A stretch of 64,000 nt of DNA from Octopus sinensis (GCF_006345805.1 NC_043007.1:72726001-72790000), one strand, 5' to 3'; shown: positions 37,785-51,329, counted from the stretch's first letter. Translations and numbers: made by a program. Notes: generated by a model from the letters alone, not told the origin.

Positions 37785-40700
37785 TTTTTCTCTTGCATAT
37801 TTGAGTTTGTTGGCACTGTTAGTTTGGAACAGATCTTCAGAAGCGATAAGAAGCCGAAAGGGTATGCTCCCATTTTCAGTGTTTTCAAATTCAAACAAGG
37901 GCATTCTGAGTGATGAGAGAAGGGTCGAGTTTGGCTAATCTTGAAACGTACGTACTCAAATACCTTTGCATTTGATTTTTTAATGTCTCTACCCTCATAC
38001 TTTCTTGAGTTGAATTGAGCAAACACTATATGAGAGAGGTTTTCTTAAGTGTTAGAAATAGTTTTTTTAGCTGCTATTTCTAACGAGTTCAGTATGCGGC
38101 AAAGTAATTATTTACTAAGCCCTTTTATATAATGTAATAATTTGAATTTGCCTTATATGGTCCCTTTGCATACTGAATACTTGGTGAAATTGATTAATTA
38201 ATTAATTAATTTTACCCTCAATTGTTGAATTATAATCATCTCTCTCTACTTAATTGTCTCGGATTTTACCGAAAAAAGCATAGTGTTTGCTGATTTTAAC
38301 CCACGCTGGTGGAAAGGGGAGCAGAAATTTTTCTCTTGCATATTTGAGTTTGTTGGCACTGTTAGTTTGGAACAGATCTTCAGAAGCGATAACAAGCCGA
38401 AAGGGTATGCTCCCATTTTCAGTGTTTTCAAATTCAAACAAGGGCATTCTGAGCTGATGAGAGAAGGGTCGAGTTTGGCTAATCTTGAAACGTACGTACT
38501 CAAATACCTTTGCATTTGATTTTTTAATGTCTCTACCCTCATACTTTCTTGAGTTGAATTGAGCAAACACTATATGAGAGAGGTTTTCTTTAAGTGTTAG
38601 AAATAGTTTTTTTAGCTGCTATTTCTAACGAGTTCAGTATGCGGCAAAGTAATTTATTTACTAAGCCCTTTTATATAATGTAATAATTTGAATTTGCCTT
38701 AAATGGTCCCTTTGCATACTGAATACTTGGTGAAATTGATTAATTAATTAATTAATTTTACCCTCATTGTTGAAATTATAATTCATCTCTCTCTACTTAA
38801 TTGTCTCGGATTTTACCGAAAAAAGCATAGTGTTTGCTGATTGTAACCCACGCTGGTGGAAAGGGGAGAGCAGAAATTTTTCTCTTGCATATTTGAGTTT
38901 GTTGGCACTGTTAGTTTGGAACAGATCTTCAGAAGCGATAACAAGCCGAAAGGGTATGCTCCCATTTTCAGTGTTTTCAAATTCAAACAAGGGCATTCTG
39001 AGCTGATGAGAGAAGGGTCGAGTTTGGCTAATCTTGAAACGTACGTACTCAAATAACCTTTGCATTTGATTTTTTAATGTCTCTACCCTCATACTTTCTT
39101 GAGTTGAATTGAGCAAACACTATATGAGAGAGGTTTTCTTTAAGTGTTAGAAATAGTTTTTTAGCTGCTATTTCTAACGAGTTCAGTATGCGGCAAAGTA
39201 ATTTATTTACTAAGCCCTTTTATATAATGTAATAATTTGAATTTGCCTTATATGGTCCCTTTGCATACTGAATACTTGGTGAAATTGATTAATTAATTAA
39301 TTAATTTTACCCTCAATTGTTGAAATTATAATTCATCTCTCTCTACTTAATTGTCTCGGATTTTACCGAAAAAAGCATAGTGTTTGCTGATTTTAACCCA
39401 CGCTGGTGGAAAGGGGAGAGCAGAAATTTTTCTCTTGCATATTTGAGTTTGTTGGCACTGTTAGTTTGGAACAGATCTTCAGAAGCGAAACAAGCCGAAA
39501 GGGTATGCTCCCATTTTCAGTGTTTTCAAATTCAAACAAGGGCATTCTGAGCTGATGAGAGAAGGGTCGAGTTTGGCTAATCTTGAAACGTACGTACTCA
39601 AATAACCTTTGCATTTGATTTTTTAATGTCTCTACCCTCATACTTTCTTGAGTTGAATTGAGCAAACACTATATGAGAGAGGTTTTCTTTAAGTGTTAGA
39701 AATAGTTTTTTTAGCTGCTATTTCTAACGAGTTCAGTATGCGGCAAAGTAATTTATTTACTAAGCCCTTTTATATAATGTAATAATTTGAATTTGCCTTA
39801 AATGGTCCCTTTGCATACTGAATACTTGGTGAAATTGATTAATTAATTAATTAATTTTACCCTCAATTGTTGAAATTATAATTCATCTCTCTCTACTTAA
39901 TTGTCTCGGATTTTACCGAAAAAAGCATAGTGTTTGCTGATTTTAACCCACGCTGGTGGAAAGGGGAGAGCAGAAATTTTTCTCTTGCATATTTGAGTTT
40001 GTTGGCACTGTTAGTTTGGAACAGATCTTCAGAAGCGATAACAAGCCGAAAGGATGCTCCCATTTTCAGTGTTTTCAAATTCAAACAAGGGCATTCTGAG
40101 CTGATGAGAGAAGGGTCGAGTTTGGCTAATCTTGAAACGTACGTACTCAAATAACCTTTGCATTTGATTTTTTAATGTCTCTACCCTCATACTTTCTTGA
40201 GTTGAATTGAGCAAACACTATATGAGAGAGGTTTTCTTTAAGTGTTAGAAATAGTTTTTTTAGCTGCTATTTCTAACGAGTTCAGTATGCGGCAAAGTAA
40301 TTATTTACTAAGCCCTTTTATATAATGTAATAATTTGAATTTGCCTTAAATGGTCCCTTTGCATACTGAATACTTGGTGAAATTGATTAATTAATTAATT
40401 AATTTTACCCTCAATTGTTGAAATTATAATTCATCTCTCTCTACTTAATTGTCTCGGATTTTACCGAAAAAAGCATAGTGTTTGCTGATTTTAACCCACG
40501 CTGGTGGAAAGGGGAGAGCAGAAATTTTTCTCTTGCATATTTGAGTTTGTTGGCACTGTTAGTTTGGAGCAGATCTTCAGAAGCGATAAAAAGCCGAAAG
40601 GGTATGCTCCCATTTTCAGTGTTTTCAAATTCAAACAAGGGCATTCTGAGCTGATGAGAGAAGGGTCGAGTTTGGCTAATCTTGAAACGTACGTACTCAA

Positions 40701-43617
40701 ATAACCTTTGCATTTGATTTTTAATGTCTCTACCCTCATACTTTCTTGAGTTGAATTGAGCAAACACTATATGAGAGAGGTTTTCTTTAAGTGTTAGAAA
40801 TAGTTTTTTTAGCTGCTATTTCTAACGAGTTCAGTATGCGGCAAAGTAATTTATTTACTAAGCCCTTTTATATAATGTAATAATTTGAATTTGCCTTAAA
40901 TGGTCCCTTTGCATACTGAATACTTGGTGAAATTGATTAATTAATTAATTAATTTTACCCTCAATTGTTGAATTATAATTCATCTCTCTCTACTTAATTG
41001 TCTCGGATTTTACCGAAAAAAGCATAGTGTTTGCTGATTTTAACCCACGCTGGTGGAAAGGGGAGAGCAGAATTTTTCTCTTGCATATTTGAGTTTGTTG
41101 GCACTGTTAGTTTGGAACAGATCTTCAGAAGCGATAACAAGCCGATGGGTATGCTCCCATTTTCAGTGTTTTCAAATTCAAACAAGGGCATTCTGAGCTG
41201 ATGAGAGAAGGGTCGAGTTTGGCTAATCTTGAAACGTACGTACTCAAATAACCTTTGCATTTGATTTTTTAATGTCTCTACCCTCATACTTTCTTGAGTT
41301 GAATTGAGCAAACACTATATGAGAGAGGTTTTCTTTAAGTGTTAGAAATAGTTTTTTTAGCTGCTATTTCTAACGAGTTCAGTATGCGGCAAAGTAATTT
41401 ATTTACTAAGCCCTTTTATATAATGTAATAATTTGAATTTGCCTTAAATGGTCCCTTTGCATACTGAATACTTGGTGAAATTGATTAATTAATTAATTAA
41501 TTTTACCCTCAATTGTTGAAATTATAATTCATCTCTCTCTACTTAATTGTCTCGGATTTTACCGAAAAAAGCATAGTGTTTGCTGATTTTAACCCACGCT
41601 GGTGGAAAGGGGAGAGCAGAAATTTTTCTCTTGCATATTTGAGTTTGTTGGCACTGTTAGTTTGGAACAGATCTTCAGAAGCGATAACAAGCCGAAAGGG
41701 TATGCTCCCATTTTCAGTGTTTTCAAATTCAAACAAGGGCATTCTGAGCTGATGAGAGAAGGGTCGAGTTTGGCTAATCTTGAAACGTACGTACTCAAAT
41801 AACCTTTGCATTTGATTTTTAATGTCTCTACCCTCATACTTTCTTGAGTTGAATTGAGCAAACACATATGAGAGAGGTTTTCTTTAAGTGTTAGAAATAG
41901 TTTTTTTAGCTGCTATTTCTAACGAGTTCAGTATGTGGCAAAGTAATTTATTTACTAAGCCCTTTTATATAATGTAATAATTTGAATTTGCCTTAAATGG
42001 TCCCTTTGCATACTGAATACTTGGTGAAATTGATTAATTAATTAATTAATTTTACCCTCAATTGTTGAAATTATAATTCATCTCTCTCTACTTAATTGTC
42101 TCGGATTTTACCGAAAAAAGCATAGTGTTTGCTGATTTTAACCCACGCTGGTGGAAAGGGGAGAGCAGAAATTTTTCTCTTGCATATTTGAGTTTGTTGC
42201 ACTGTTAGTTTGGAACAGATCTTCAGAAGCGATAACAAGCGAAAGGGTATGCTCCCATTTTCAGTGTTTTCAAATTCAAACAGGGCATTCTGAGCTGATG
42301 AGAGAAGGGTCGAGTTTGGCTAATCTTGAAACGTACGTACTCAAATAACCTTTGCATTTGATTTTTTAATGTCTCTACCCTCATACTTTCTTGAGTTGAA
42401 TTGAGCAAACACTATATGAGAGAGTTTTCTTTAAGTGTTAGAAATAGTTTTTTTAGCTGCTATTTCTAACGAGTTCAGTATGCGGCAAAGTAATTTCTTT
42501 ACTAAGCCCTTTTATAAATGTAATAATTTGAATTTGCCTTAAATGGTCCCTTTGCATACTGAATACTTGGTGAAATTGATTAATTAATTAATTAATTTTA
42601 CCCTCAATTGTTGAAATTATAATTCATCTCTCTCTACTTAATTGTCTCGGATTTTACCGAAAAAAGCATAGTGTTTGCTGATTTTAACCCACGCTGGTGG
42701 AAAGGGGAGAGCAGAAATTTTTCTCTTGCATATTTGAGTTTGTTGGCACTGTTAGTTTGGAACAGATCTTCAGAAGCGATAACAAGCCGAAAGGGTATGC
42801 TCCCATTTTCAGTGTTTTCAAATTCAAACAAGGGCATTCTGAGCTGATGAGAGAAGGGTCGAGTTGGCTAATCTTGAAACGTACGTACTCAAATAACCTT
42901 TGCATTTGATTTTTTAATGTCTCTACCCTCATACTTTCTTGAGTTGAATTGAGCAAACACTATATGAGAGAGGTTTTCTTTAAGTGTTAGAAATAGTTTT
43001 TTTTAGCTGCTATTTCTAACGAGTTCAGTATGCGGCAAAGTATTTTATTTACTAAGCCTTTTATATAATGTAATAATTTGAATTTGCTTAATAGTCCCTT
43101 TGCATACTGAATACTTGGTGAAATTGATTAATTAATTAATTAATTTTACCCTCAATTGTTGAAATTATAATTCATCTCTCTCTACTTAATTGTCTCGGAT
43201 TTTACCGAAAAAAGAATAGTGTTTGCTGATTTTAACCCACGCTGGTGGAAAGGGGAGAGCAGAAATTTTTCTCTTGCATATTTGAGTTTGTTGGCACTGT
43301 TAGTTTGGAACAGATCTTCAGAAGCGATAACAAGCCGAAAGGGTATGCTCCCATTTTCAGTATTTCAAATTCAAACAAGGGCATTCTGAGCTGATGAGAG
43401 AAGGGTCGAGTGGCTAATCTTGAAACGTACGTACTCAAATAACCTTTGCATTTGATTTTTTAATGTCTCTACCCTCATACTTTCTTGAGTTGAATTGAGC
43501 AAACACTATATGAGAGAGGTTTTCTTTAAGTGTTAGAAATAGTTTTTTTAGCTGCTATTTCTAACGAGTTCAGTATGCGGCAAAGTAATTTATTTACTAA
43601 GCCCTTTTATATAATAT
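37785..43617 (+). repeat. 550-bp tandem array, right arm in inverted orientation (~10.6 units); hammerhead on the plus strand
   Basis: Reverse-complement units from 37785 (TTTTTCTCTTGCATATTTGAG) to CTAAGCCCTTTTATATAAT at ~43617, where the array merges into (TA)n. Confidence 0.97.
38991..39058 (+). ncRNA. Type I hammerhead ribozyme (representative right-arm copy; 11 copies in this arm), predicted cleavage after 39047
   Basis: Stem I TGAG/CTCA extended by ATT/AAT and GG/CC; core CTGATGA at 39003-39009; stem II GAGA/TCTT plus GGTC/GGCT; GAAA at 39036-39039; palindromic ACGTACGT stem III; GUA triplet at 39045-39047. Confidence 0.82.
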
Positions 43618-44460
<843 letters not shown>

Positions 44461-44626
44461 ATACGACAGGCTTCTTTCAGTTTCCATCTACCAAATCCAC
44501 TCACAAGGCTTTGATCAGCCTGAGGCAATAGTAGAAGTCACTTGCCCAAGGTGCCACGCAGTGGGACTGAATACGGAACCATGTGGTTGGTAAGCAAGCT
44601 ACTTATCACACAGCCACTCTTACGCC
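44461..44626 (-). mobile_element. Family-A SINE, 5' half
   Basis: CACTTGCCCAAGGTGCCACGCAGTGGGACTGAA...CACACAGCCACTC. Confidence 0.85.
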
Positions 44627-44900
44627 TTAATTCAAACTGATATTCTCTACCAGATTTGACCAAAAAATTGTAATCAAATAGATGTTTTTTGGCACTGGAA
44701 AATAGTCAACTATGAGTGACATTAACAGCCAGTCTTTCCATTTGGTTGATTGTGAGCTGTAATAAGATTAAAGTATGAATTAATTAAAAAAAATTAACCT
44801 TGTTATGCAGACAGCCTAGTATTTAAAGGTGTGATGATATTGTTTTGGTCTAAGTATTGAAGCATACATAAGAGACCATAGCCAGGAGGTGGGGACAGTG

Positions 44901-45211
44901 ATCATCATCATCATCATCATCATTTAGCGTCCGCTTTCCATGCTAGCATGGGTTGGACGGTTCAACTGGGGTCTGGGAGGCCAGAAGGCTGCACTAGGCC
45001 CAGTCTGATCTGGCAATGTTTCTACGGCTGGATGCCCTTCCTAACGCCAACCACTCCGTGAGTGTAGTGGGTGCTTTTTACGTGCCACCAGCACAGGTGC
45101 CAGATGGGGCTGGCAAACGGCCACAGTCGGATGATGTTTTTCATGTGCCACTGGCATGGGGGCCAGGCGAGGCTGGCAACGGCCACGATCGGATAGTGCT
45201 TTTTACGTGCC
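44901..45211 (-). mobile_element. RTE-3'-tail element
   Basis: (ATC)n tail, TTTCCATGCTAGCATGGG, GATGCCCTTCCTAACGCCAACCACTCC. Confidence 0.85.
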
Positions 45212-45504
45212 TTGTCTTTTAAAATATAATCGGGAAACATTTATTATGATATGGATGGGAATATTGCTGAAGCAGTCTTTAATGAAATCAATAGCAATGA
45301 TGTGAGAGTATAAAGTGGGAAAGTTAGTTAAAAAATCAGTTTCCTAATTGATTAAGCAGATACTTTCAACCTGATCAAAAGTTACCTTCTACAAAAGGTC
45401 AGAAATCGAAGCTATTCAGAGAATGCCCATAAAACTCAAGGAGTTTTCTTGTGTGATTTTATTTCATTAAGTGTGGTGCCAGACATATGAACAGATTCTC
45501 TCTT

Positions 45505-45765
45505 AGGAGACTTTTCATAGATTTGGGTTGTCTTTTGCTTTTTACGATGATGTGTGTTTGGAGGATTAAGTTCATTCTGTGATCCTTTTTTAGCAGGGAA
45601 TGTTTTGAAGGATGGTGTCGAAGGCTTCATTGTTAAGAAGGTTGTGTGTGGAGAGGTATGGTCTTCTAAAATTGAGGGCCCAAACGAATGAAGATAAAGT
45701 AAAATCCACCGATGAAAAGGTCAACCAAGAAATTAGCAAAATGACCCAAGACCCCGATCAACTCT
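45505..45765. mobile_element. Second copy of the inverted Penelope-like junction seen at ~24150-24410
   Basis: Near-identical to 24150-24406, e.g. GTGTGTGGAGAGGTATGGTCTTCTAAAATTGAGG...CCCAAGACCCCGATCAA. Confidence 0.85.
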
Positions 45766-46069
45766 TATAACTCTTCTTTGATATTCTTTTCCATCTTCTT
45801 TAGGTGTGTCTGCTAAACACTATTGAATTCAGTTTCACCATTGGTTGCTGTCATTTGGATGTTGGTAGTTCTCTTAAAACTAATATAACATCCGGCTAGA
45901 CTGTCATTAACTTGGAAAAAGGATGCCATTTGCAAAGCTCCTCCAAACTTGATTTTTATTGTCCAAAGGAGTGGACAGCTGCACTCAAAACACATTCAAT
46001 AAAAATTAATCTTTTGAGTTAATCTGTATCCTTGAAATTTGTTGTTAGTTATTTATTCTTTATAGAAAA

Positions 46070-46455
46070 CTAGCAGTATCGCCCGGCGTTGCTCGGGTTT
46101 GTAAGGGAAATAACTATAAAGCATTTTTAGAGAGTTATAGCCAAAAAATAGCAAAAAAATGGGAAAAAAAATGATGGTAAATTTTTTTTTGATAGTTAAA
46201 AAGGTCGAGTTGCGTCCCCTAGACCATCTGTGGTTTGTGTTTCTGATTGTCGACCCCATGTCGAATTTATCGATCCTTTTCAGAACTGGGGGAACTTTTC
46301 AAAATTTTCGCTGTGTTAGTTTTGAATTATGACATTGGGCTATGTGTGTGTCAAGTTTCATCAGAATCGGTTGAAAGCCGTGGTCAGAGTGAGGGTACAA
46401 CCAAACAGACACACAGAAACACACACAGACAAACTGCCGTTTATATATAGAGAGA
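46070..46455 (-). mobile_element. Non-autonomous Helitron with the family 3' end but a different 5' half
   Basis: A|CTAGCAGTATCGCCCGGCGTTGCTCGGG at the left and ...TTTATATATAGAGAGA|T at the right. The 5' half (GTCAAGTTTCATCAGAATCGG) differs from the 4.5-kb and 55.8-kb copies. Confidence 0.75.
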
Positions 46456-46988
46456 TAGCCACTGTATGCAAATGTATATGTATATATACATTCGTGTTTG
46501 TGTGAGTTCTTTTTTACTTTTAACTGTTCAAAATCTTCTTGTAAGGAAGCAACTGGTTTCTAACAAAGATTCAAAATTTCATTGTTGAAATGTTGATAAC
46601 AATGTCACATTTTAAACTTGCATATTCTTACTGTTGCACTTACAGATTATGTTTGTAATGTGTGAAGTATTATAGGTACAAACGTGAATTTATAATCTGG
46701 TTCTAGAAGCTGGAGGTACAAAGCAGTTTCTTATAGTTATCTTCTTTCTCTTCAATTTTTCAGAGATATTCACATCAGCAGGGTAGCTGACATATATTGA
46801 GGTACATATTTTTTTTAGTCTATGTCCCAAAGAACAATGTCTGGCCTGTTATGTTTGTAAATATTGATAGAGATGTTTACTCAATAGTCCTTGTATTGAT
46901 GTTTATGTATGTATTCAATAACAGTGCAGAGTGGGGGGTGAGGTGTCTCTATATTCATCTCAGGACATACTTTTTTTTGCAGGTGGTA

Positions 46989-47398
46989 TTACTCTTTTAC
47001 TTGTTTCAGTCATTTGACTGCAGCCATGCTGGAGCACTGCCTTTAGTCGAGCAAATCGATCCCAGGACTTATTCTTTGGAAGCCTAGTACTTATTCCTTC
47101 AGTCTCTTTTGCCGAACTGTCAAGTTACGGGGACATAAACACACCACCATCGGTTGTCAAGCGATGTTGGGGGAACAAACACAGACACACAAACATACAT
47201 ATACACACACATACATATATATATATACATATATGTGATGGGCTTCTTTCAGTTTCCATCTACCAAATCCACTCACAAGGCTTTGGTCGGCCTGAGGCTA
47301 TAGTAGAAGACATTTGCCCAAGGTGCCACGCAGTGGGAATGAACCCAGAACCATGTGGTTGGTAAGCAAGCTACTTACCACATAGCCACTCCTGCGCC
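46989..47398 (-). mobile_element. Full-length family-A SINE
   Basis: Reverse complement of the consensus. Confidence 0.88.
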
Positions 47399-47804
47399 TA
47401 TTATATATTGTTTTAACAACGATGGCATGTCACACTGAATGGTAGTATCTTGATGACATTTCTGGGTAGCTGTTGATCATGTGTGATGTCTTCCACAGAA
47501 ATGTTACATAATATACATTTCCAGTTGCATCTTGGGACTCTACTGGCTTAACTGTCTCTTTTGTTTACTGTGTATTTCATAGCAATCTCCTGTTCTTGGA
47601 TTGCGAATCTATAGTCATCATAGCATGATGTAATGTAGCAGTCTCGTGTCCAAGAAACCCTGCATTTCATGTCAATATTACTGTTGTCTTTACATCATCA
47701 GGAAATATACAACCAATTGATGTCACAGATGCATGGTGGGATATTACCATATATATTAGTATAAGTTTTCAGTAGTAATTATTTTCAGTCAATATATTAA
47801 GACA

Positions 47805-47995
47805 GGAAGCTAGCAGAATTGTTAGCAGTATTTCGTCTGTCTTTACATTCTGAGTACAAATTCCATCACGATCAACTTGGGCTTCATTCCTTCAGGATCG
47901 ATAAAATAAGTACCATTTGAGCCCTGGGGTCAATACAATCAACTTATCTTTACCCTAAACTTGCTGCCTTTGTGCCAAAATTTAAAACTAATGTA
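47805..47995 (+). mobile_element. Decayed family-B SINE
   Basis: AGCTAGCAGAATTGTTAGC...GGATCGATAAAATAAGTACC. Confidence 0.65.
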
Positions 47996-48119
47996 AGACA
48001 TGGTAGACGTTCAATTACTGCTTCTTGGGTAATTTGATGATAAACCTTTGAAGTATAAAATCTTTTTATACTAATTTTTTAATTTTTGCTCGGTAATTAA
48101 AATTATAAAATTATCAACC

Positions 48120-48515
48120 ATCTTACAAACAATAACTCTGAGCACCTTTTCAAACTCCACCCGTCTAACACCCATGGACGTATTTACAAAGTCAGAAAAC
48201 AGCACAGCTCCCATGACTTTAGAAAACAGTTTTTCATGCTGAGAGTTGCTGAAGCATGGAACAAACTGCCGGCATCAGTCGTTAGTTGTCGGAGCACTGC
48301 ATCCTTCAAAGCTTCCATGCTTTCTGAGATTTGCCAACACTACACCTGATTTCCTCCCCCCCCCATACACACACAAGCATGTATCTGACTCATACATTGT
48401 TCACTTCCCAGACATTTGTACATTACTGCATATACTTTATATGCACTTTCTGACAAGTTGTGGTGCACCTGAGCACTGTATACAATAATTTCATTATTAT
48501 TATTATTATTATTAA
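48120..48515 (+). mobile_element. CR1-type LINE 3' end with (ATT)n tail
   Basis: THGRIYKVRKQHSSHDFRK...LRVAEAWNKLPASVVSCRSTASFK (CR1 C-terminal WN.LP motif), ending in (ATT)n. Confidence 0.78.
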
Positions 48516-49471
48516 TTATTTCACTTATGTGGATAACATCTGCTGAAAGATTCTAAGCATACTAATTTCCATTTTGGTGTGGCAGGTAGTTTAGATCAAT
48601 AAACTTTTAAAGAATTACACTATTTGTTGTAAACAAATGATTCAACCATAAGAAAGTAGTAAATTATGTAGTGCTACAGCTTGGCCTCAGCCTTTGGCTG
48701 AAACTCAAAATTGCATAATACTTCTATAATTTCAAACAAATTCTGTGTTAGAGAACAGCTTCCTTAAATTCAATGGATATTCATCGTAACTTTATTTTAA
48801 TTTTTCCTTGATATTATGGAATTTAGCAGCATGACTCTTTTTTCATGATTTACATGTTTTTCCATGCTGTCATGAGCTAAACGAATTTCAGCATTTGTTG
48901 TGACCCACTATCTTCTGATACCCATGAAAGATAACTGTTAAGTTTTGTCATGAGGAAATATCACTTTTCTAAAAAAATTGATTGGCATCCTCTACTTAGT
49001 ACTGTTCACACTTGAAACAGTATAACATGTATCCGTTACATACTTGAGAAATATTCAAACCCTTTATCACAATAATCACGTCAGTGTTATGTATATGAAA
49101 AGGATATGAATCACAACCCTTCAGCATTGTTATCTTCACATGTACTTATGTTATTTATCTTCACATGTACTTATGTTATTTATTTTATATCAATTAGGTC
49201 AACAGAATGATTTTACTTCATCAACAAAGTACTGTCATTAAATTACATACTCTTTCTGATTGGCATTTTGAGTTGTGATGTACTCGTCTGAATTGTTTTG
49301 ATATTGGGCAAGTAGGATGGCAGACATGTTAGAGTGTGGAACCAAATACATTGTAGTATTTAGTTACTAACTTTTACATTCTATATTCAAATCCCACCAA
49401 AGTTAACTTTGCCTTTTGTGCTTCTGTGTTAGATAAACTAAAGTACCAGTCAAATGCTGGAGTTTGTTTTA

Positions 49472-49885
49472 TACTCTCTTTTACTCTTTTACTTGTTTCA
49501 GTCATTTGACTGTGGCCATGCTGGAGCACCGCCTTTAGTTGAGCAAATCGATCCCGGGACTTATTCTTTGTAAGCCCAGTACTTATTCTATCGGCCTCTT
49601 TTGCCGAAGCGCTAAGTGACAGGGATGTAAACACACCAGCATCGGTTGTCAAGCAATGCTAGAGGGACAAACACAGACACACAAACATATACACACACAT
49701 ACATATATATATATACATATATATGTCAGGCTTCTTTCAGTTTCCGTCTACCAAATCCACTCACAAGGCATTGGTCAGCCCGAGGCTATGGCAGAAGACA
49801 CTTGCCCAAGATGCCACACAGTGGGACTGAACCCGGAACCATGTGGTTGGTAAGCAAGCTACTTACCACACAGCCACTCCTATCC
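49472..49885 (-). mobile_element. Full-length family-A SINE
   Basis: Reverse complement of the consensus. Confidence 0.88.
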
Positions 49886-50159
49886 TAGATCTGAATGGAA
49901 TTATGATAGAAGCCCATCTTTCACCATCTATTTATGGTTCAATATTTTGTTTCTCTTTCCTCTTCCAGTTCAAAAACCTGCCTGTTCTTCACTAATTTCT
50001 TCTAGCTTTGCTTTTATTCTGTTTGAGATGATTTTGAGTAGAATTTTGCTTTAGTGCAATAGTTCTATTGCTATTGCTTTTCTGGATATCTTTTTGGGGA
50101 ATGAGTACAAATATTGACCTAACCCAATCATTTGACCAGCTTTATTTATGCAGATTGAA

Positions 50160-50615
50160 GTCCATAGTTTGTTAAAGTACGCTGTTATATAATTACTGAC
50201 ACCTGTAATTAACTCAGTTGTTATTTAATTGAAACCAGGACTTTTGTTACTTTTTAATTCTCTAATTGCTTTCTCCACTTCAGAGTAGATGGGCTGGGTT
50301 CAATTAGTGTCAATAGGATTGTGTTTTAATGGTAGTACCTCACTGTCGTCATTCGAATTATAAAGGTCGTTGCAGTGTGCTTCCATCTCTCTTTGATTTC
50401 CTTACCCCCAAAGAGTATTTTTCTAACCTCATTTTTAACTGTGTCAATTGTTGGTTTAAATTTTTTCATTAGATTTTTCACTGCCTGGTAGAGATCCTTT
50501 CCTAGATTTGTGATCAAAGTGATTTCTGTGAATAGGCATTGTTTGTTTATTTGCCTTTCTGTATCTCTCTTCATCATTCGCTGGACTGTCGCATTTTGGA
50601 CTTGATATCTTGTTA
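50160..50615 (-). mobile_element. Decayed LINE fragment (RTE-like endonuclease-RT linker)
   Basis: KDLYQAVKNLMKKFKPTIDTVKNEVRKILFGGKEIKERWK. Confidence 0.5.
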
Positions 50616-50616
50616 A

Positions 50617-50762
50617 GTACAACTCATTTTTGCCAGCTGAGTGGACTGGAGCAACGTGAAATAAAGTGTCTTGCTCAAGGACACAACGCGTCGCCGGGAA
50701 TCGAACTCACAACCTTACGATCGTGAGCCGAATGCCCAAACCAATAAGCCACGCGCCTTCAC
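50617..50762 (-). mobile_element. Family-C tRNA-SINE (V/Meta-like core), young partial copy
   Basis: Minus strand GGCGCGTGGCTTATTGG (A-box), GAGTTCGATTC (B-box), GTGTCCTTGAGCAAGACACT core. Confidence 0.75.
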
Positions 50763-50949
50763 TAAACTTCAGCTAGGGTCTCATTAGATATCCAATGGTT
50801 ATTCTTTCTTTTCTTTTTGTGAATTTTTTTTCTTTGGCAGTGTTAATTATGATATGTTTTCCTTCTTCTCAGAATTCATTTGGGGTCTTTTTTTCTTCGC
50901 TTTGTAGAGGTGTTTCAAAATGGTTGGAAATAAGTATATATTAATAGTA

Positions 50950-50975
50950 GTCATAATAATGATAATAATAATAAC

Positions 50976-51019
<44 letters not shown>

Positions 51020-51082
51020 CAACAATAATAACAATAATAACAACAACAATAATAATAATAGTAACAACAACAATAATCAGTA
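50950..51082. repeat. (AAT)n/(AAC)n trinucleotide microsatellite
   Basis: Directly visible. Confidence 0.95.
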
Positions 51083-51329
51083 GCAGCAGCAGCTGAAATC
51101 CTTGAAATTTCAAATGTTCTTGAATAACATTATCCTTGAGTCTTTATCTTTTCAGGCTCCAGTCTGATCTGGCAGTGTTTCTACAGCTGGATGCTCTTCC
51201 TAATGCCAACCACTCCGCGAGTGTAGTGGGTGATTTTTACGTGCCACCGGCACAGGTACCAGGGTGAGTCTGGCAGCGTGAATTTTTGATGTAAAAATCA
51301 AATATCAGAGTCAAGTAATTGATAAAAGG

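Noticed and set aside
31017-43617. Array as CRISPR, rDNA/5S or tRNA cluster
   Set aside because: There are no variable spacers, no rRNA or tRNA sequence, and no Pol III boxes recognised in the unit.
45785-46000. Non-repetitive stretch with a partly open minus-strand frame
   Set aside because: It contains in-frame stops and no motif I can name.
46764-46801. Apparent micro-exon (polypyrimidine-CAG ... GAG|GTACAT)
   Set aside because: It has stop codons in all three frames. It could only be a UTR exon, and there is no support for that.
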